Counted from the first letter of the stretch, positions 42,231 through 52,576 are shown. The stretch: 64,000 nucleotides of DNA from Candidatus Adlerbacteria bacterium RIFCSPHIGHO2_12_FULL_53_18 (GCA_001775475.1 MEWW01000010.1:5143-69142); one strand, 5' to 3'. Program-made: numbers and translations. Notes: generated by a model not told the origin, from the sequence alone.

Positions 42231-42343
42231 TCATTTTTCGACATGTCCGTGGCTCGCGCGCTTGCGCGAGCCTTTTGTTCTCCGCGGCGGTTTTCTTATT
42301 TATAGAATATTGACCAAAAAACTAACTGGTAGTACAAACTAGT

Positions 42344-42520
42344 TAGACACTGTTTAAAAGGTCGATGCTCGGAAAACCCAAGCCCATAAGCTAGGTAATC
42401 GTCGGCCAGATTTCTACAACGCCTACCCTGGTGCATTCAGGATGCCAATGTAGAAAGGGGCGTGGTCCTAAATTAAGAATTGTCTACCCGCGCGATGCAC
42501 CGCGCGGGCTTTTCTTTTTT
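42344..42520 (+). ncRNA. Candidate small RNA (6S-like long hairpin) with own promoter and terminator
   Basis: TTGACC-17-TACAAA upstream; TAGACA/TGTCTA and TTTCTACA/TGTAGAAA stems; CCCGCGCG/CGCGCGGG terminator. Confidence 0.5.
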
Positions 42521-42622
42521 AGAAATATCGTGTATAGTCCCTAGCAATAAAGGGTTTCTACCTTTTATTAGCACGCACAGGAGTAAACCCCGCAGGGGCC
42601 CCTGACGTAAAACTAAATAACT

Positions 42623-43723
42623 ATGGTTACAAAAGAACTCATTGTTGAGGCCGAGGCACCTGTATCTTTGATGCAGGGTTTTGCCTTGCGCGCGCCCGAG
42701 CCGCCTAAAGAGGGCGACATTGTCGAGGGCAAGGTTATCGCTCTTGACCGCGCGCGGCTTTACATCAACCTCCCCCCATTCGGTACCGGCATCATCTTTG
42801 GCCGCGAGTACATGAACGCCCGCGAGGTCATCAAGCGCACCAACCTTGGCGACGTTATCGCCGCAAAAGTAATTTCAACCACGAGCAAAGAGGGCTACAT
42901 CGAGCTCAGCCTCAAAGAGGCGCGCCAGGCTATAGTGTGGGCTGAAGCCGAAGAGGCGGTTAAAGACAAGCGCCAGCTCGAGCTCCTGGTTAAAGAGGCA
43001 AACAAGGGCGGGCTCATTTTGGAGTGGCAGGGGTTGGCGGGCTTTCTCCCCGCAAGCCAGCTTAAGGCCGAGCACTACCCTAGAGTTGTAGACGGCGACA
43101 AAGACAAAATCCTCGACGAGCTGCGCAAACTGGTAGGCACTCGGATCGCGGTCTCGATAATCGGCGCCCAGCCCAAAGAAGGCAAACTTATCTTCTCCGA
43201 GAAAGGCGTTGACGACAAAGAAAAGCGCGAGCTTATCCAAAACTACGCCGTGGGTGACGTGGTGGAGGGCGAGGTCACCGGCATGGTGGACTTCGGCGTC
43301 TTTGTAAAACTCGAAGAGGGTTTGGAAGGCCTGGTCCATATTTCAGAAATCGACTGGGGCTTGGTAGACGACCCGCGCCACTTCTTCAAGGTCGGCGACA
43401 AGCCCAAGGTCAAGATAATCGACATTAAAGAAGGCAAGGTCTCGCTTTCGGTCAAACAGCTCAAAGAAAACCCATGGAAGAGCGCCGAGACCAAATACAA
43501 CAAAGGCGACAAAGTGGAGGGCGTGGTGATCAAGTTTAACAAGCACGGCGCACTCGCCTCTATCGAGGAAGGTATCGCAGGGCTGGTGCACATAAGCGAG
43601 TTTGGCACCGAAGAAAAGCTCCGTAGCTCGCTCGAGCTCGGCAAACGCTACCCCTTTTCCATTTCCCTCTTTGACCCCAAAGAGATGCGCATGGCGCTCT
43701 CGTTTACCGGAGAGAAAAAGTAA
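42623..43723 (+). CDS. rpsA: 30S ribosomal protein S1 (4 S1 domains)
   Basis: NKGGL, GFLPASQL, FGVFV...EGLVHISE repeats. Confidence 0.9.
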   Translation: MVTKELIVEAEAPVSLMQGFALRAPEPPKEGDIVEGKVIALDRARLYINLPPFGTGIIFGREYMNAREVIKRTNLGDVIAAKVISTTSKEGYIELSLKEARQAIVWAEAEEAVKDKRQLELLVKEANKGGLILEWQGLAGFLPASQLKAEHYPRVVDGDKDKILDELRKLVGTRIAVSIIGAQPKEGKLIFSEKGVDDKEKRELIQNYAVGDVVEGEVTGMVDFGVFVKLEEGLEGLVHISEIDWGLVDDPRHFFKVGDKPKVKIIDIKEGKVSLSVKQLKENPWKSAETKYNKGDKVEGVVIKFNKHGALASIEEGIAGLVHISEFGTEEKLRSSLELGKRYPFSISLFDPKEMRMALSFTGEKK

Positions 43724-43746
43724 TTTATAACTCTTGTGTAGTTGAT

Positions 43747-44256
43747 TTATCTCCCGTTGATTGCAGTCATTGCTTTCCCCAAACCCTCAGTCATCAGAAT
43801 TTCGAGGCCCTCTTTGACGCTTTTACGAGCCACTTTGAGCTCTGCTTCATCGCTTGATTTGAATTTGCCCAACACATCGGGCTTCTTTACTGCGCCACTC
43901 TTCTTCTCCGCCGAAATACCAATGCGAAAGCGCACATAATTCTTGGTTTTTACTGCGCGCTCGACAGACTCCACCCCCTTATGCCCTGCCGAGCCCCTAC
44001 CAAAAGAGATTTTTACCGTTCCTAAAGGTAAATCAAGGTCGTCATGCAACACCACGAGCTGCTCTGCGGCTTTTGCGGACTTAATATACGGCTTTACTGC
44101 GCTCCCCGACTTGTTCATAAATGTATCGGGCGTTACTACAGTAGCTTTTTTGGGCAAATCATCTGCACAAGCGAGCAAAAACTCTCTACCAACGTTATGG
44201 CGTGTGTGTTCGTACTCTTTCCCCGGGTTGCCTAAGCCTACTAATACCCATTGCAT
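43747..44256 (-). CDS. pth: Peptidyl-tRNA hydrolase
   Basis: VGLGNPGKEYEHTRHNVG, TFMNKSG, HDDLDLP, GHKG. Confidence 0.96.
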   Translation of the reverse strand: MQWVLVGLGNPGKEYEHTRHNVGREFLLACADDLPKKATVVTPDTFMNKSGSAVKPYIKSAKAAEQLVVLHDDLDLPLGTVKISFGRGSAGHKGVESVERAVKTKNYVRFRIGISAEKKSGAVKKPDVLGKFKSSDEAELKVARKSVKEGLEILMTEGLGKAMTAINGR

Positions 44257-44313
44257 GTGTCCTAATGTAGCAAACTGCTTGCATTAACGCGAGAGTGACA
44301 TACAATTACTCTC

Positions 44314-44868
44314 ATGCCAGAGGAGAAGAGTGAGAATATCTTCACCGAACTCCTAAAATTCGCCCTTGTTGCCGTAATCATCGTGGTACCGGTGCGCCTT
44401 TTTGTTGCACAGCCCTTTATCGTATCCGGCGCTTCTATGGTACCGACCTTTGAAAACGGTCAGTATCTCATTGTCGACGAGCTTTCTTACCGCTTTGACG
44501 AGCCTGACCGAGGCGATGTCGTTATTTTTAAATACCCGAAGGATCCTTCGCAATATTTCATCAAGCGCCTCATCGGGCTCCCCGGCGAAACCATACGCAT
44601 CACCGAAAGCAGCGTTACCGTAACCAAAACAGACGGCTCGAGCGTCGTGCTTGACGAGTCGTACGTAGTTAACGAAGGCAACGGCGGTAGTTTGACCGTG
44701 GAGCTCGAGAACGACGAGTACTTTGCCATGGGCGACAACCGGCCCGAGAGTTCCGACTCGCGGATGTGGGGTATCTTGCCGAAAGAAAATATTGTCGGCC
44801 GGGCCTTAGTGCGCCTGCTGCCTATACAAAACGCGACTCTCTTACCGGGAAGTACACCAGCACAATAA
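44314..44868 (+). CDS. lepB: Signal peptidase I
   Basis: VSGASMVPT, FIKRLIGLPG, MGDNRPESSDSR. Confidence 0.96.
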   Translation: MPEEKSENIFTELLKFALVAVIIVVPVRLFVAQPFIVSGASMVPTFENGQYLIVDELSYRFDEPDRGDVVIFKYPKDPSQYFIKRLIGLPGETIRITESSVTVTKTDGSSVVLDESYVVNEGNGGSLTVELENDEYFAMGDNRPESSDSRMWGILPKENIVGRALVRLLPIQNATLLPGSTPAQ

Positions 44869-44874
44869 TTGTTG

Positions 44875-46017
44875 ATGAAAAGCCCTTCTTCTTTCTTAAG
44901 ACACGCGAGTGACGTCGCTACCTTCTACGGCTTTCGGCCCGTACGTGAGGTGGAAAAAGAGGTTCCGCGCTCTGCGGTGCTGCTCCCGCGCAGCAGAGCG
45001 CCGCACACTTTTATGAGTGCGGCGCATGTATGCGCTGCGCACGCTGCCTTAAAGCCCGGAGAACCTGTGCTGGCCTTTTATGCCACACCCGCGCCCGAGT
45101 ATGCGCCGTACACGCTACCGCCCCGCGAGACGGCGGAGTTCGGCCTGCAGGTCATGGGCACCGGCGAGAGCGTGGGAGAAATCCTGCTTCTCAAGACGCT
45201 TATCATGATTGCGGAGGAGTGGGGAGCGAAGCCGCGTGCCGTGCGGTTTAATGCGCTTGGCGACCGCGACTCCCAGCAGCGATTTCAGCGCGAGTTGGGG
45301 ATTTTTGTCCGCAAGCAGGTAGAGCGACTCGACCCTGCCTGCCGCGACGACGTTCTTAAAAATCCGCTCATGATCTACCACTGCCGCTTGGAGAGCTGTC
45401 AGAGAACTGCCCTGGAAGCTCCTCACCCCACGCATTTTCTCTCCGAAAAGAGCCGGGATCATTTCCGTTCGGTGTTGGAGCATGCAGAACATCTGGGGCT
45501 TCCCTACGAGCTCGACGACACGTTGGTGGGCGACGAGCGAGGAGCCCACACGCTTTTTGCGCTCGACTTTACAGACGGCGACTCGACGGTTATGGCGTGT
45601 GTCGGCGGCCGCTACGACGAGTATCTCCGCCGCGAGACGCGGCAGAAAGAGAGCACGGGTGTGGGTGCGAGTATTTTTTTCCGAAAGAGCGGCTTAAAGC
45701 CGGGCATCTACTCCGCCGAGCGGCGCACACACAAGCCGAAAGTGTACTTTGCTCAGCTGGGGTTGCGCGCAAAGATTCAGGGGCTTGCGGTTATCGACAT
45801 GCTGCGCGCGGCTCGCGTGCCGGCATGGCAATCGTTCAATACCGCCCACCTCTCGGTACAGCTTGCCGCCGCGCGCGAGAAAGGCGTCTCCCATCTCCTC
45901 ATCATGGGCCAGCGGGAAGCTCTCGACGGCACGCTTATCGTACGTTCGATGCAAAACAGCTCGCAGACGACTATTATGTTGACCGAAGTGCCCCGGTTTT
46001 TAAAAACGCTTAGGTAA
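44875..46017 (+). CDS. Histidyl-tRNA synthetase-like paralogue (degenerate)
   Basis: ATFYGF, EFGLQVMG, GGRYD, C-terminal anticodon-binding domain (IMGQRE...GT..VRSM). Confidence 0.72.
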   Translation: MKSPSSFLRHASDVATFYGFRPVREVEKEVPRSAVLLPRSRAPHTFMSAAHVCAAHAALKPGEPVLAFYATPAPEYAPYTLPPRETAEFGLQVMGTGESVGEILLLKTLIMIAEEWGAKPRAVRFNALGDRDSQQRFQRELGIFVRKQVERLDPACRDDVLKNPLMIYHCRLESCQRTALEAPHPTHFLSEKSRDHFRSVLEHAEHLGLPYELDDTLVGDERGAHTLFALDFTDGDSTVMACVGGRYDEYLRRETRQKESTGVGASIFFRKSGLKPGIYSAERRTHKPKVYFAQLGLRAKIQGLAVIDMLRAARVPAWQSFNTAHLSVQLAAAREKGVSHLLIMGQREALDGTLIVRSMQNSSQTTIMLTEVPRFLKTLR

Positions 46018-46056
46018 GTTGCAGCGGATATTTTTTCGTGTTAGTATTGCTCCGCA

Positions 46057-46311
46057 ATGGCAGTAAATGCAGAGGTGCAAAAAAACGAGTCTGAAACGGC
46101 GGTCAACTTGATCCGCCGCTTTAGCAAACGCGTGCAGGGCGTGGGGCTTATCCAAGGCCTACGCAAGCGCCGCTACTACTCCCGCGACAAATCTAAGCTC
46201 GTGCGCCGTAAGCACACGCTCAAGGTCATTAAGCGGCGCGAAGAGGTTGCTGAACTCATCAAGATGGGCAAGATACTCGAGCGTCCTCCGCGCCGAGGCA
46301 GGAGACGCTAA
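46057..46311 (+). CDS. rpsU: 30S ribosomal protein S21-like
   Basis: NES..NLIRRFSKRVQ..G...RKRRYY. Confidence 0.72.
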   Translation: MAVNAEVQKNESETAVNLIRRFSKRVQGVGLIQGLRKRRYYSRDKSKLVRRKHTLKVIKRREEVAELIKMGKILERPPRRGRRR

Positions 46312-46314
46312 CTA

Positions 46315-46653
46315 ATGCGACAAGCAGAGCTTTTTAAACGCTTGCAAAAAGAGGTACTGGGCCCGCACTACGACCTACAGCACGCTTTTTTGTCTCCCAA
46401 AGAGATGCGCAAGGTAACCCTCCGCACTAAAAACAAGAACAAAGTGTCTAATGTCCTTTCTTTTCCTCTCTCTAAAACGTCGGGAGAGATACTTATCTGC
46501 AAAAAAGCGGCCGCACCCTACTCGGTCCCCTACCTTTTTATCCACGGATTACTGCACCTGAAAGGCTTCAAACATAGTGCTAGAATGGAAAGCGCTGAGC
46601 AAGAGCTCTTAGCGCGTCATTCTTTGCATGCAAAAAATCGTCACCGGTATTGA
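46315..46653 (+). CDS. ybeY: Endoribonuclease YbeY (short)
   Basis: NVLSFP, GEILIC, IHGLLHLKGFKH. Confidence 0.88.
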   Translation: MRQAELFKRLQKEVLGPHYDLQHAFLSPKEMRKVTLRTKNKNKVSNVLSFPLSKTSGEILICKKAAAPYSVPYLFIHGLLHLKGFKHSARMESAEQELLARHSLHAKNRHRY

Positions 46654-47806
46654 TGTAGGCACACACCAGGTCAAGGTTGTGATCGCCCGCCGTCCTGACA
46701 ACCCCCGCGAAGCGCCGCAGATACTGGGCACCGGATACGCCGAGAGCCGCGGCATGAAGCAGGGGTATGTTATCTCCGTACCGGATGTTGCTCGCTCAAT
46801 AGCCGCGGCAGTGGCACAAGCAAGCAGAGCAGCACAAGTTAAGGTAAGGCGCGCCTACGTCGGAGTGGGCGGGGTCGGGTTGGACGAAGCATTTTCCCGC
46901 GGAGAAACGGTTGTGGAGCGGGGCGACTCGGAAATTACCTCCCGCGATATCCCCCGCGCACTCTCTGCCGCCGAAGGCGCTCTTGCACCCTCCTCAACTT
47001 TAAACCGCAAGGTGATCCACACCATTCCCCTGCGATATTCGGTCGACGGGATGAGAGTGATGGGCAAAAGCCCCATCGGTATGAAGGGCCAGCGCATCTC
47101 TGTTGAAACCTTTTTTATCACCTGCCTCGAGCGCCACGTGCATGACCTCGTTTCGGCAGTCGAGGAAGCCGGGATTGAAGTCGAGGATATCGCCGCATCG
47201 CCCTTGGCGGCTTCGTTCGTGGCGCTCAATAAGATGCAAAAACGCGTGGGCTGCGTCTTGGTGAACATCGGCTCGGAAACTCTTTCCATAATCGTGTTTG
47301 AAGACAGTATTCCGATGTCCGTTCGGGTCTTCCCCGTGGGCGGTACCGATATCACCAATGACCTTGCGCTGGGGCTCCGCATCAGTCCTGAAGAAGCCGA
47401 GCAGTTAAAGAGCGGTGCGGTGTTAGGCTCTACCTATCCCAAGCGCAAAATAGACGACCTTATTTCAAAACGGGTGTCCGACATGTTTAAGCTTGTTGAA
47501 GCGCACCTTAAAAAAATCGGCAAGAACGAACTCCTCCCGGCCGGGGTAATCCTAAGCGGCGGGGGCTCATCGGTTCATACGATGTCCGACCTTGCCAAGG
47601 CGGTGTTGCATCTCCCTTCGCGTTTTGCCATGCTTTCGGAAGGTACAAACTCGCGCGTCGAGCTTAAAGACGGCTCATGGGCGGTAGCCTACGGACTTAC
47701 CATTTGGGGCTTTACTCAAGGCAGCGGCTTCGAAAATCAGGAAGGGGGTGGCGCGCGTGATGCCTTGCAAGCCGCGTGGCGTTGGTTTAAGAAATTTCTC
47801 CCCTAA
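46628..47806 (+). CDS. ftsA: Cell division protein FtsA
   Basis: GIDVGT, PVGGTDITNDLA, EAEQLK, LSGGGS. Confidence 0.95.
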   Translation: MQKIVTGIDVGTHQVKVVIARRPDNPREAPQILGTGYAESRGMKQGYVISVPDVARSIAAAVAQASRAAQVKVRRAYVGVGGVGLDEAFSRGETVVERGDSEITSRDIPRALSAAEGALAPSSTLNRKVIHTIPLRYSVDGMRVMGKSPIGMKGQRISVETFFITCLERHVHDLVSAVEEAGIEVEDIAASPLAASFVALNKMQKRVGCVLVNIGSETLSIIVFEDSIPMSVRVFPVGGTDITNDLALGLRISPEEAEQLKSGAVLGSTYPKRKIDDLISKRVSDMFKLVEAHLKKIGKNELLPAGVILSGGGSSVHTMSDLAKAVLHLPSRFAMLSEGTNSRVELKDGSWAVAYGLTIWGFTQGSGFENQEGGGARDALQAAWRWFKKFLP

Positions 47807-47875
47807 ATACAAAAACAAAAAGGTAGATTGTCAAAGGTTGCAAACGGCTTATAAGTGGTATACTGCCCTTTACTT

Positions 47876-49048
47876 ATGCCGCAGATATTACCGGAGGTGG
47901 AAGCATTCGCACGGATACGGGTGGTCGGCGCAGGAGGCTCTGGCAGTAATGCGGTCAATCACATGGTCGAGAGCAAGATGCGTGGCGTAGATTTTATTGC
48001 AATAAATACTGATGCTCAGGCACTCCACCATGCACTCGCCAAAAAGAAAATACACATCGGCAAAAATCTGACACGGGGCCTCGGCACCGGTATGAACCCG
48101 GAATTGGGCAAGCGTGCGGCCGACGAAACAAAAGAAGAGATCCAACAGGCACTTAAGGGCTCTGACATGGTGTTTGTTGCAAGCGGTATGGGCGGCGGCA
48201 CGGGAACCGGCGCCGCGCCGGTTGTTGCTCGCACGGCCAAAGAGCTTGGGGCGTTAACAGTGGGGGTGGTGACAAAGCCGTTTTCATTCGAGGGTGCCCA
48301 GCGCATGCGCTTGGCGGAGCAGGGTTTAGAAGAACTGCGCAAAGAAGTAGACGCGCTTATTGTAATCCCCAACGATCGCCTGCTTGCAACCGTACAAAAA
48401 GAAACGACGCTCAAACAGGCCTTTGCCATGTGTGACGACATTTTGAAGCAAGCGGTCGAAGGAATCTCCGACCTTATTACCTCCCCCGGCATCATCAACG
48501 TCGACTTCGCTGACGTACGCGCCGTTATGGAAAACTCCGGCAGCGCGCTCATGGGCATCGGCGTAGCAAGCGGAGAGAACCGCGCGGCTGCTGCAGCCAA
48601 CGCCGCAGTCTCCTCGCCTCTCCTCGAACTCTCGATAAACGGCGCAAAGGGCGTGCTGTTCGCGGTCGCCGGCGGCGAAGACTTGGGTATGATTGAAGTG
48701 CACGAAGCGGCAAAAATTATTACTGAGTCTGTTGATCCTAACGCTAAGATTATCTTCGGCGCCATCAAGGACGACAAATTGAAGAAAAACGAACTAAAGG
48801 TTACGGTTATTGCAACCGGCTTTCCGGCACAGGGAGTAACGCCCCGCGGTACTCAGCTCTTTACTTTTGCTCGCGATGGCAAGGAAAAAGAGGCTGATGT
48901 CCCCGCGGTAGGCAAAACGTACGGCACGCCTGTCGTACCCATGAAAGAAGGCCACAATGAGCCTGACACCAAGCCTAAGCTCGACGACAAAGAGGAGGAC
49001 GACTGGAGCGCGGTACCTTCGTTTTTGCGAAGACCGAAAATTAAGTAG
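47876..49048 (+). CDS. ftsZ: Cell division protein FtsZ
   Basis: [17 protein letters not shown]-terminal VPSFLRR. Confidence 0.98.
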   Translation: MPQILPEVEAFARIRVVGAGGSGSNAVNHMVESKMRGVDFIAINTDAQALHHALAKKKIHIGKNLTRGLGTGMNPELGKRAADETKEEIQQALKGSDMVFVASGMGGGTGTGAAPVVARTAKELGALTVGVVTKPFSFEGAQRMRLAEQGLEELRKEVDALIVIPNDRLLATVQKETTLKQAFAMCDDILKQAVEGISDLITSPGIINVDFADVRAVMENSGSALMGIGVASGENRAAAAANAAVSSPLLELSINGAKGVLFAVAGGEDLGMIEVHEAAKIITESVDPNAKIIFGAIKDDKLKKNELKVTVIATGFPAQGVTPRGTQLFTFARDGKEKEADVPAVGKTYGTPVVPMKEGHNEPDTKPKLDDKEEDDWSAVPSFLRRPKIK

Positions 49049-49057
49049 AATAGAGCA

Positions 49058-49978
49058 ATGTACGATCTTGCGATTTTAGGCGGCGGGCCTGCCGGAGTGG
49101 CCTCAGGAGTGTATGCTGCCCGCAAACAGCTCAAGACTGTTTTTATAACTGAAACTATAGGCGGACAGTCTATGGACTCCGTAGAGATCCAGAACTGGAT
49201 CGGTACCAAAGCGATTTCCGGTCTTGACCTGGCCAAGAGTTTTGAGGCGCATCTGCGCGCCTATGCGAGCAATGTGGTGGATATTAAACTCGGAACCCGT
49301 GTTACCAAGCTCGAGAAAAAGGGAGGGGCTTTTTCGATTATTGCAGGCGAGCAGTACGAAGCGCGGGCGGTCTTGGTTGCGACAGGAGGCGTGCGCAGAA
49401 AGCTCAAGGCTATAGGTGCGGCAGAGTTTGAGAACAAGGGCCTTACCTACTGTGCCTCGTGCGACGGCCCCTTGTTTGCCGGCCAAGACACGGTGGTTGT
49501 AGGCGGCGGCAACGCCGGCTTTGAGACAGCAGCACAGCTTCTTGCCTATGCCAAGTCGGTGACGCTCCTCCACAGGAGCGCGGAATTTTCAAAAGCGGAT
49601 GCCTTGACGGTTGAAACAGTGTTAAAACATCCCAACATGAAAGCACTTACAAACACCCGCCCTATTGAAATAAAAGGCAGTGGTTTTGTATCGAGCGTAG
49701 TTGTCGAAAATACCCAAACAAAAGAGAAGAGCGAAATCCCGTCTGCGGGCGTATTTGTGGAGATCGGCATGCTCCCCTCCACCGACTTTGCCAAAGGCAC
49801 GCTCGAGCTCGATGAGTTTGACCGTGTAGTTACCAACCCCAAAAACCAACGCACCAGTGTAGAAGGTATCTGGGCCGCGGGCGACTGCACCGATGAACTC
49901 TACCACCAAAACAACATTGCCGCCGGCGACGGTGTTAAAGCGCTTGAAGACATATACTTTTGGATTAAGGCACACTAG
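49058..49978 (+). CDS. trxB: Thioredoxin reductase/AhpF-like FAD oxidoreductase
   Basis: GGGPAG, YCASCDG, VGGGNAG, AAGD. Confidence 0.88.
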   Translation: MYDLAILGGGPAGVASGVYAARKQLKTVFITETIGGQSMDSVEIQNWIGTKAISGLDLAKSFEAHLRAYASNVVDIKLGTRVTKLEKKGGAFSIIAGEQYEARAVLVATGGVRRKLKAIGAAEFENKGLTYCASCDGPLFAGQDTVVVGGGNAGFETAAQLLAYAKSVTLLHRSAEFSKADALTVETVLKHPNMKALTNTRPIEIKGSGFVSSVVVENTQTKEKSEIPSAGVFVEIGMLPSTDFAKGTLELDEFDRVVTNPKNQRTSVEGIWAAGDCTDELYHQNNIAAGDGVKALEDIYFWIKAH

Positions 49979-50033
49979 AAAGAGCAAATCCCGCCAGTAT
50001 GGCGGGATTTGCTTATAGCCAGTAGGCTAAAAA

Positions 50034-50156
50034 TTACATTTGGCCCGGAGCAGGGGGCGTTTGCGGTGCGCCACCCGGCATTGGAGGAGTCGGAGTGGCG
50101 CCTGGCACTGGTGCTCCTGGAGCAGGTGCTGTGCCGCCTGGATTCATGTCGTCCAT
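50034..50156 (-). CDS. Putative 40-aa Pro/Gly-rich peptide
   Basis: MDDMNPGGTAPAPGAPVPGATPTPPMPGGAPQTPPAPGQM, followed by a hairpin at 49984-50012. Confidence 0.45.
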   Translation of the reverse strand: MDDMNPGGTAPAPGAPVPGATPTPPMPGGAPQTPPAPGQM

Positions 50157-50247
50157 ACGATACGTGCTTTTTTTCGCGTTACGCTGGTAACGATTCGACC
50201 TCACTACTAACCGTACCATAGTGCGCTACAAATCTAAAGAAAAGTTT

Positions 50248-51516
50248 TCAAGACTTGATAAACTCAAGTAGTTTTTGATGCACGGTGCTTTCTCCCGCGA
50301 CCTCGCGCAGCGCCTCGCGCGCGGAGTTAGTGACGGCCGGGAGCCCGCCCTCCTGCACCAAAGCAAAAACCTCCCGCACGTTCGCAAAGCTTACAATCAA
50401 CTTGTCCAAACCGACCTTTCTAAACACTTCCGCCACACCCATGTTGCGGCTCACTAAGGCCGGCGTGCCTGCGGCAACCGCCTCCTGTGCCACGTTGCCA
50501 TAGGTCTCGAAGTGCGAAGGACAGATAACCGCCTGCATACTTGCATAAAACTTCGCCATCTCAAGCGCGCTGTGGTAGGGGCCCGCAAAGCGCACGCGGT
50601 CGTGAAGGACCTTGCTTGCCTTACCCCTGCCCCGCTCGTCTGTCACGACATAGAGGTCGAGAGGGTTCTTGCTCATGTGGTTGAGGTAGGCAAACCTATC
50701 GAGAAAAGTGGTATTTTTAACCCGCGTCCACCTGCCCACAAATGCCACACCCTTTTTATCTTTGGGTATAGGTGTTTCAAAAAACTCCTTGGGTATAGGG
50801 TTTGGCAGCACAAGCGCCTGCGCCTTGCGCACGCTGTGGCGAAACACGTTCCGCTCGACATAATGCTTCACCAGCGTTGAGGGAAAGACATACTTCAAGT
50901 CGGCGCGGTCGAACGAGGTTTCTATGGCGCGCATGATGCGTTTGTGTTTCTCGTTCTGCCAGTGCTCGGTCTCCTTTATAAGCGAGCCGTGGTAGTAGTG
51001 CACCACCGGGTACCGCAGGCCGCGCGCCGCAATCATTAAAGCCCAGGCGATTATGTAGGTGCCGTTAACCAAGACGACGTCCGGTTTTTCCTCCTTAAGA
51101 GCGGCGCGGTAAGCGTCAATAAGCGTCGCGTAGGCGCGGCTGACATCCTCTATCCCTTTTGCCGACTGCAACACGCCCGCAAACGGAGGAATAACCCCTT
51201 CATACAGGAGCGAGGTAAGATGTTTTTCTTTGTTAGTTTCTTTTTGCCAGCCAGCGCCTTCATGCTGAGCATTGTCGGGCGCTGTTGAAATACATACGAG
51301 CTCTACGCGGGTATCGGGAGAGGCATTTACATGTTCCGCAAACGAAGACATGACACGGGTTATCCCCGCGACAGAAGCACTCTGCACATTGGTAAAAATC
51401 TTGAGACGCTTTGGGGACGGTGTAGCAAGTGGCTGTGAACGCCAGCGCCGCACGGCAGAGCGTGTTTTGCGGTATACCTTCCGCTGAATAGAGTGTTTGC
51501 TTTTTTTTTCTTCCAT
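50248..51516 (-). CDS. Glycosyltransferase family 4
   Basis: PDVVLVNG, VLPNP, FVGRWTRVKN, PSHFETYGNVAQEA. Confidence 0.9.
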   Translation of the reverse strand: MEEKKSKHSIQRKVYRKTRSAVRRWRSQPLATPSPKRLKIFTNVQSASVAGITRVMSSFAEHVNASPDTRVELVCISTAPDNAQHEGAGWQKETNKEKHLTSLLYEGVIPPFAGVLQSAKGIEDVSRAYATLIDAYRAALKEEKPDVVLVNGTYIIAWALMIAARGLRYPVVHYYHGSLIKETEHWQNEKHKRIMRAIETSFDRADLKYVFPSTLVKHYVERNVFRHSVRKAQALVLPNPIPKEFFETPIPKDKKGVAFVGRWTRVKNTTFLDRFAYLNHMSKNPLDLYVVTDERGRGKASKVLHDRVRFAGPYHSALEMAKFYASMQAVICPSHFETYGNVAQEAVAAGTPALVSRNMGVAEVFRKVGLDKLIVSFANVREVFALVQEGGLPAVTNSAREALREVAGESTVHQKLLEFIKS

Positions 51517-51556
51517 TACTAGCCCTTAAGGGCGCCTAGATAGTATCAAATTCTAG

Positions 51557-51629
51557 TGCGCGGTGCAGGACTTGAACCTGCGACCCTCCCCACGTCAAGG
51601 GGATGCTCTGCCAACTGAGCTAACCGCGC
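51557..51629 (-). tRNA. tRNA-Val(GAC)
   Basis: TCCCC-TTGACGT-GGGGA. Confidence 0.95.
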
Positions 51630-51681
51630 TTGGAAAAGAGTATAGCCGAAAATGGCCAAAAATGGTACTTTGTGGTCTATT

Positions 51682-51766
51682 GGAGAGGTGGCTGAGTGGT
51701 CGAAAGCACCGGTTTCGAAAACCGGCATACCGCAAGGTATCGTGGGTTCGAATCCCACCCTCTCCG
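51682..51766 (+). tRNA. tRNA-Ser(CGA)
   Basis: CCGGT-TTCGAAA-ACCGG; long variable arm. Confidence 0.95.
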
Positions 51767-51767
51767 C

Positions 51768-51839
51768 GGCCCCATCGTCTAACGGTTAGGACGCCGGCTT
51801 TTCAAGCCGTTAATCCGGGTTCGATTCCCGGTGGGGTCA
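51768..51839 (+). tRNA. tRNA-Glu(TTC)
   Basis: CGGC-TTTTCAA-GCCG. Confidence 0.94.
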
Positions 51840-51926
51840 TGGCGACAGTTTGAATAAATAAAAAAGAGAAACCCCGCACCATATTGGAACGGAGTTCCTC
51901 TGTGGTGCGGGATTAGACGCTTGTGT

Positions 51927-52445
51927 TTATATCTGAACCAGTCCAGCCTCAACTGACCGGTATTCGGCACGTGTCTCAGTGCCGTTCTCGTCAGAGACCC
52001 TGATTATGTCGCCGACGCTCATCGTCATTAGCGCATCATGCCAGCCGACGTTCTGCCGGTCTTGCTTGATGAACCAATCCTCCGGACCGGTGGCGGCCAT
52101 GAGAACCTTGTCGCGTCCCTCGCACCAAGGCAGAGTTCCGCAGTCAAAGTTCCAAATGCCGGTACGGCGGTCACGGCCCTCAAGGCAGTAGTAGGCTCGG
52201 GCACTCACCACCACCAAAATCTTGTCGCTTTCCTGATTGGGCTTTGCGAGAGCGTATCCGTCATGGATCGAAACCGGATGGGCTTCCAAAATCCTGTTGT
52301 GCAGAATCTCGGCAGGATTCTTTCTGAACAGAGGCACCTTCTTGTTATTCGAGCCTCCGCCCAGAATCAGTGCTTCCTGCGGAGACCTGGAATATACCTG
52401 GGCCCCACGGTGAACTCGTTCTTCGCGGATTTCGTAGACCTTCAT
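51927..52445 (-). CDS. Hypothetical protein (start MKVYEIRE)
   Basis: SD GGAGGGAG; own promoter and terminator. Confidence 0.7.
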   Translation of the reverse strand: MKVYEIREERVHRGAQVYSRSPQEALILGGGSNNKKVPLFRKNPAEILHNRILEAHPVSIHDGYALAKPNQESDKILVVVSARAYYCLEGRDRRTGIWNFDCGTLPWCEGRDKVLMAATGPEDWFIKQDRQNVGWHDALMTMSVGDIIRVSDENGTETRAEYRSVEAGLVQI

Positions 52446-52547
52446 GACTCCCTCCTTTGGGAGAATCCAAACGGCTTGCGCCGGGATTGTAGTTGGTGTG
52501 GTGCCCATTTCTGGGCTTCTGGCAATGAGCGAATCTTGCCATTTATT

Positions 52548-52576
52548 ATTATACACCCGAACAACATTTTTGTCAA
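52548..52576 (-). promoter_or_regulatory. Perfect sigma70 promoter
   Basis: TTGACA-17nt-TATAAT on the minus strand; two more TTGAC copies upstream. Confidence 0.85.
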
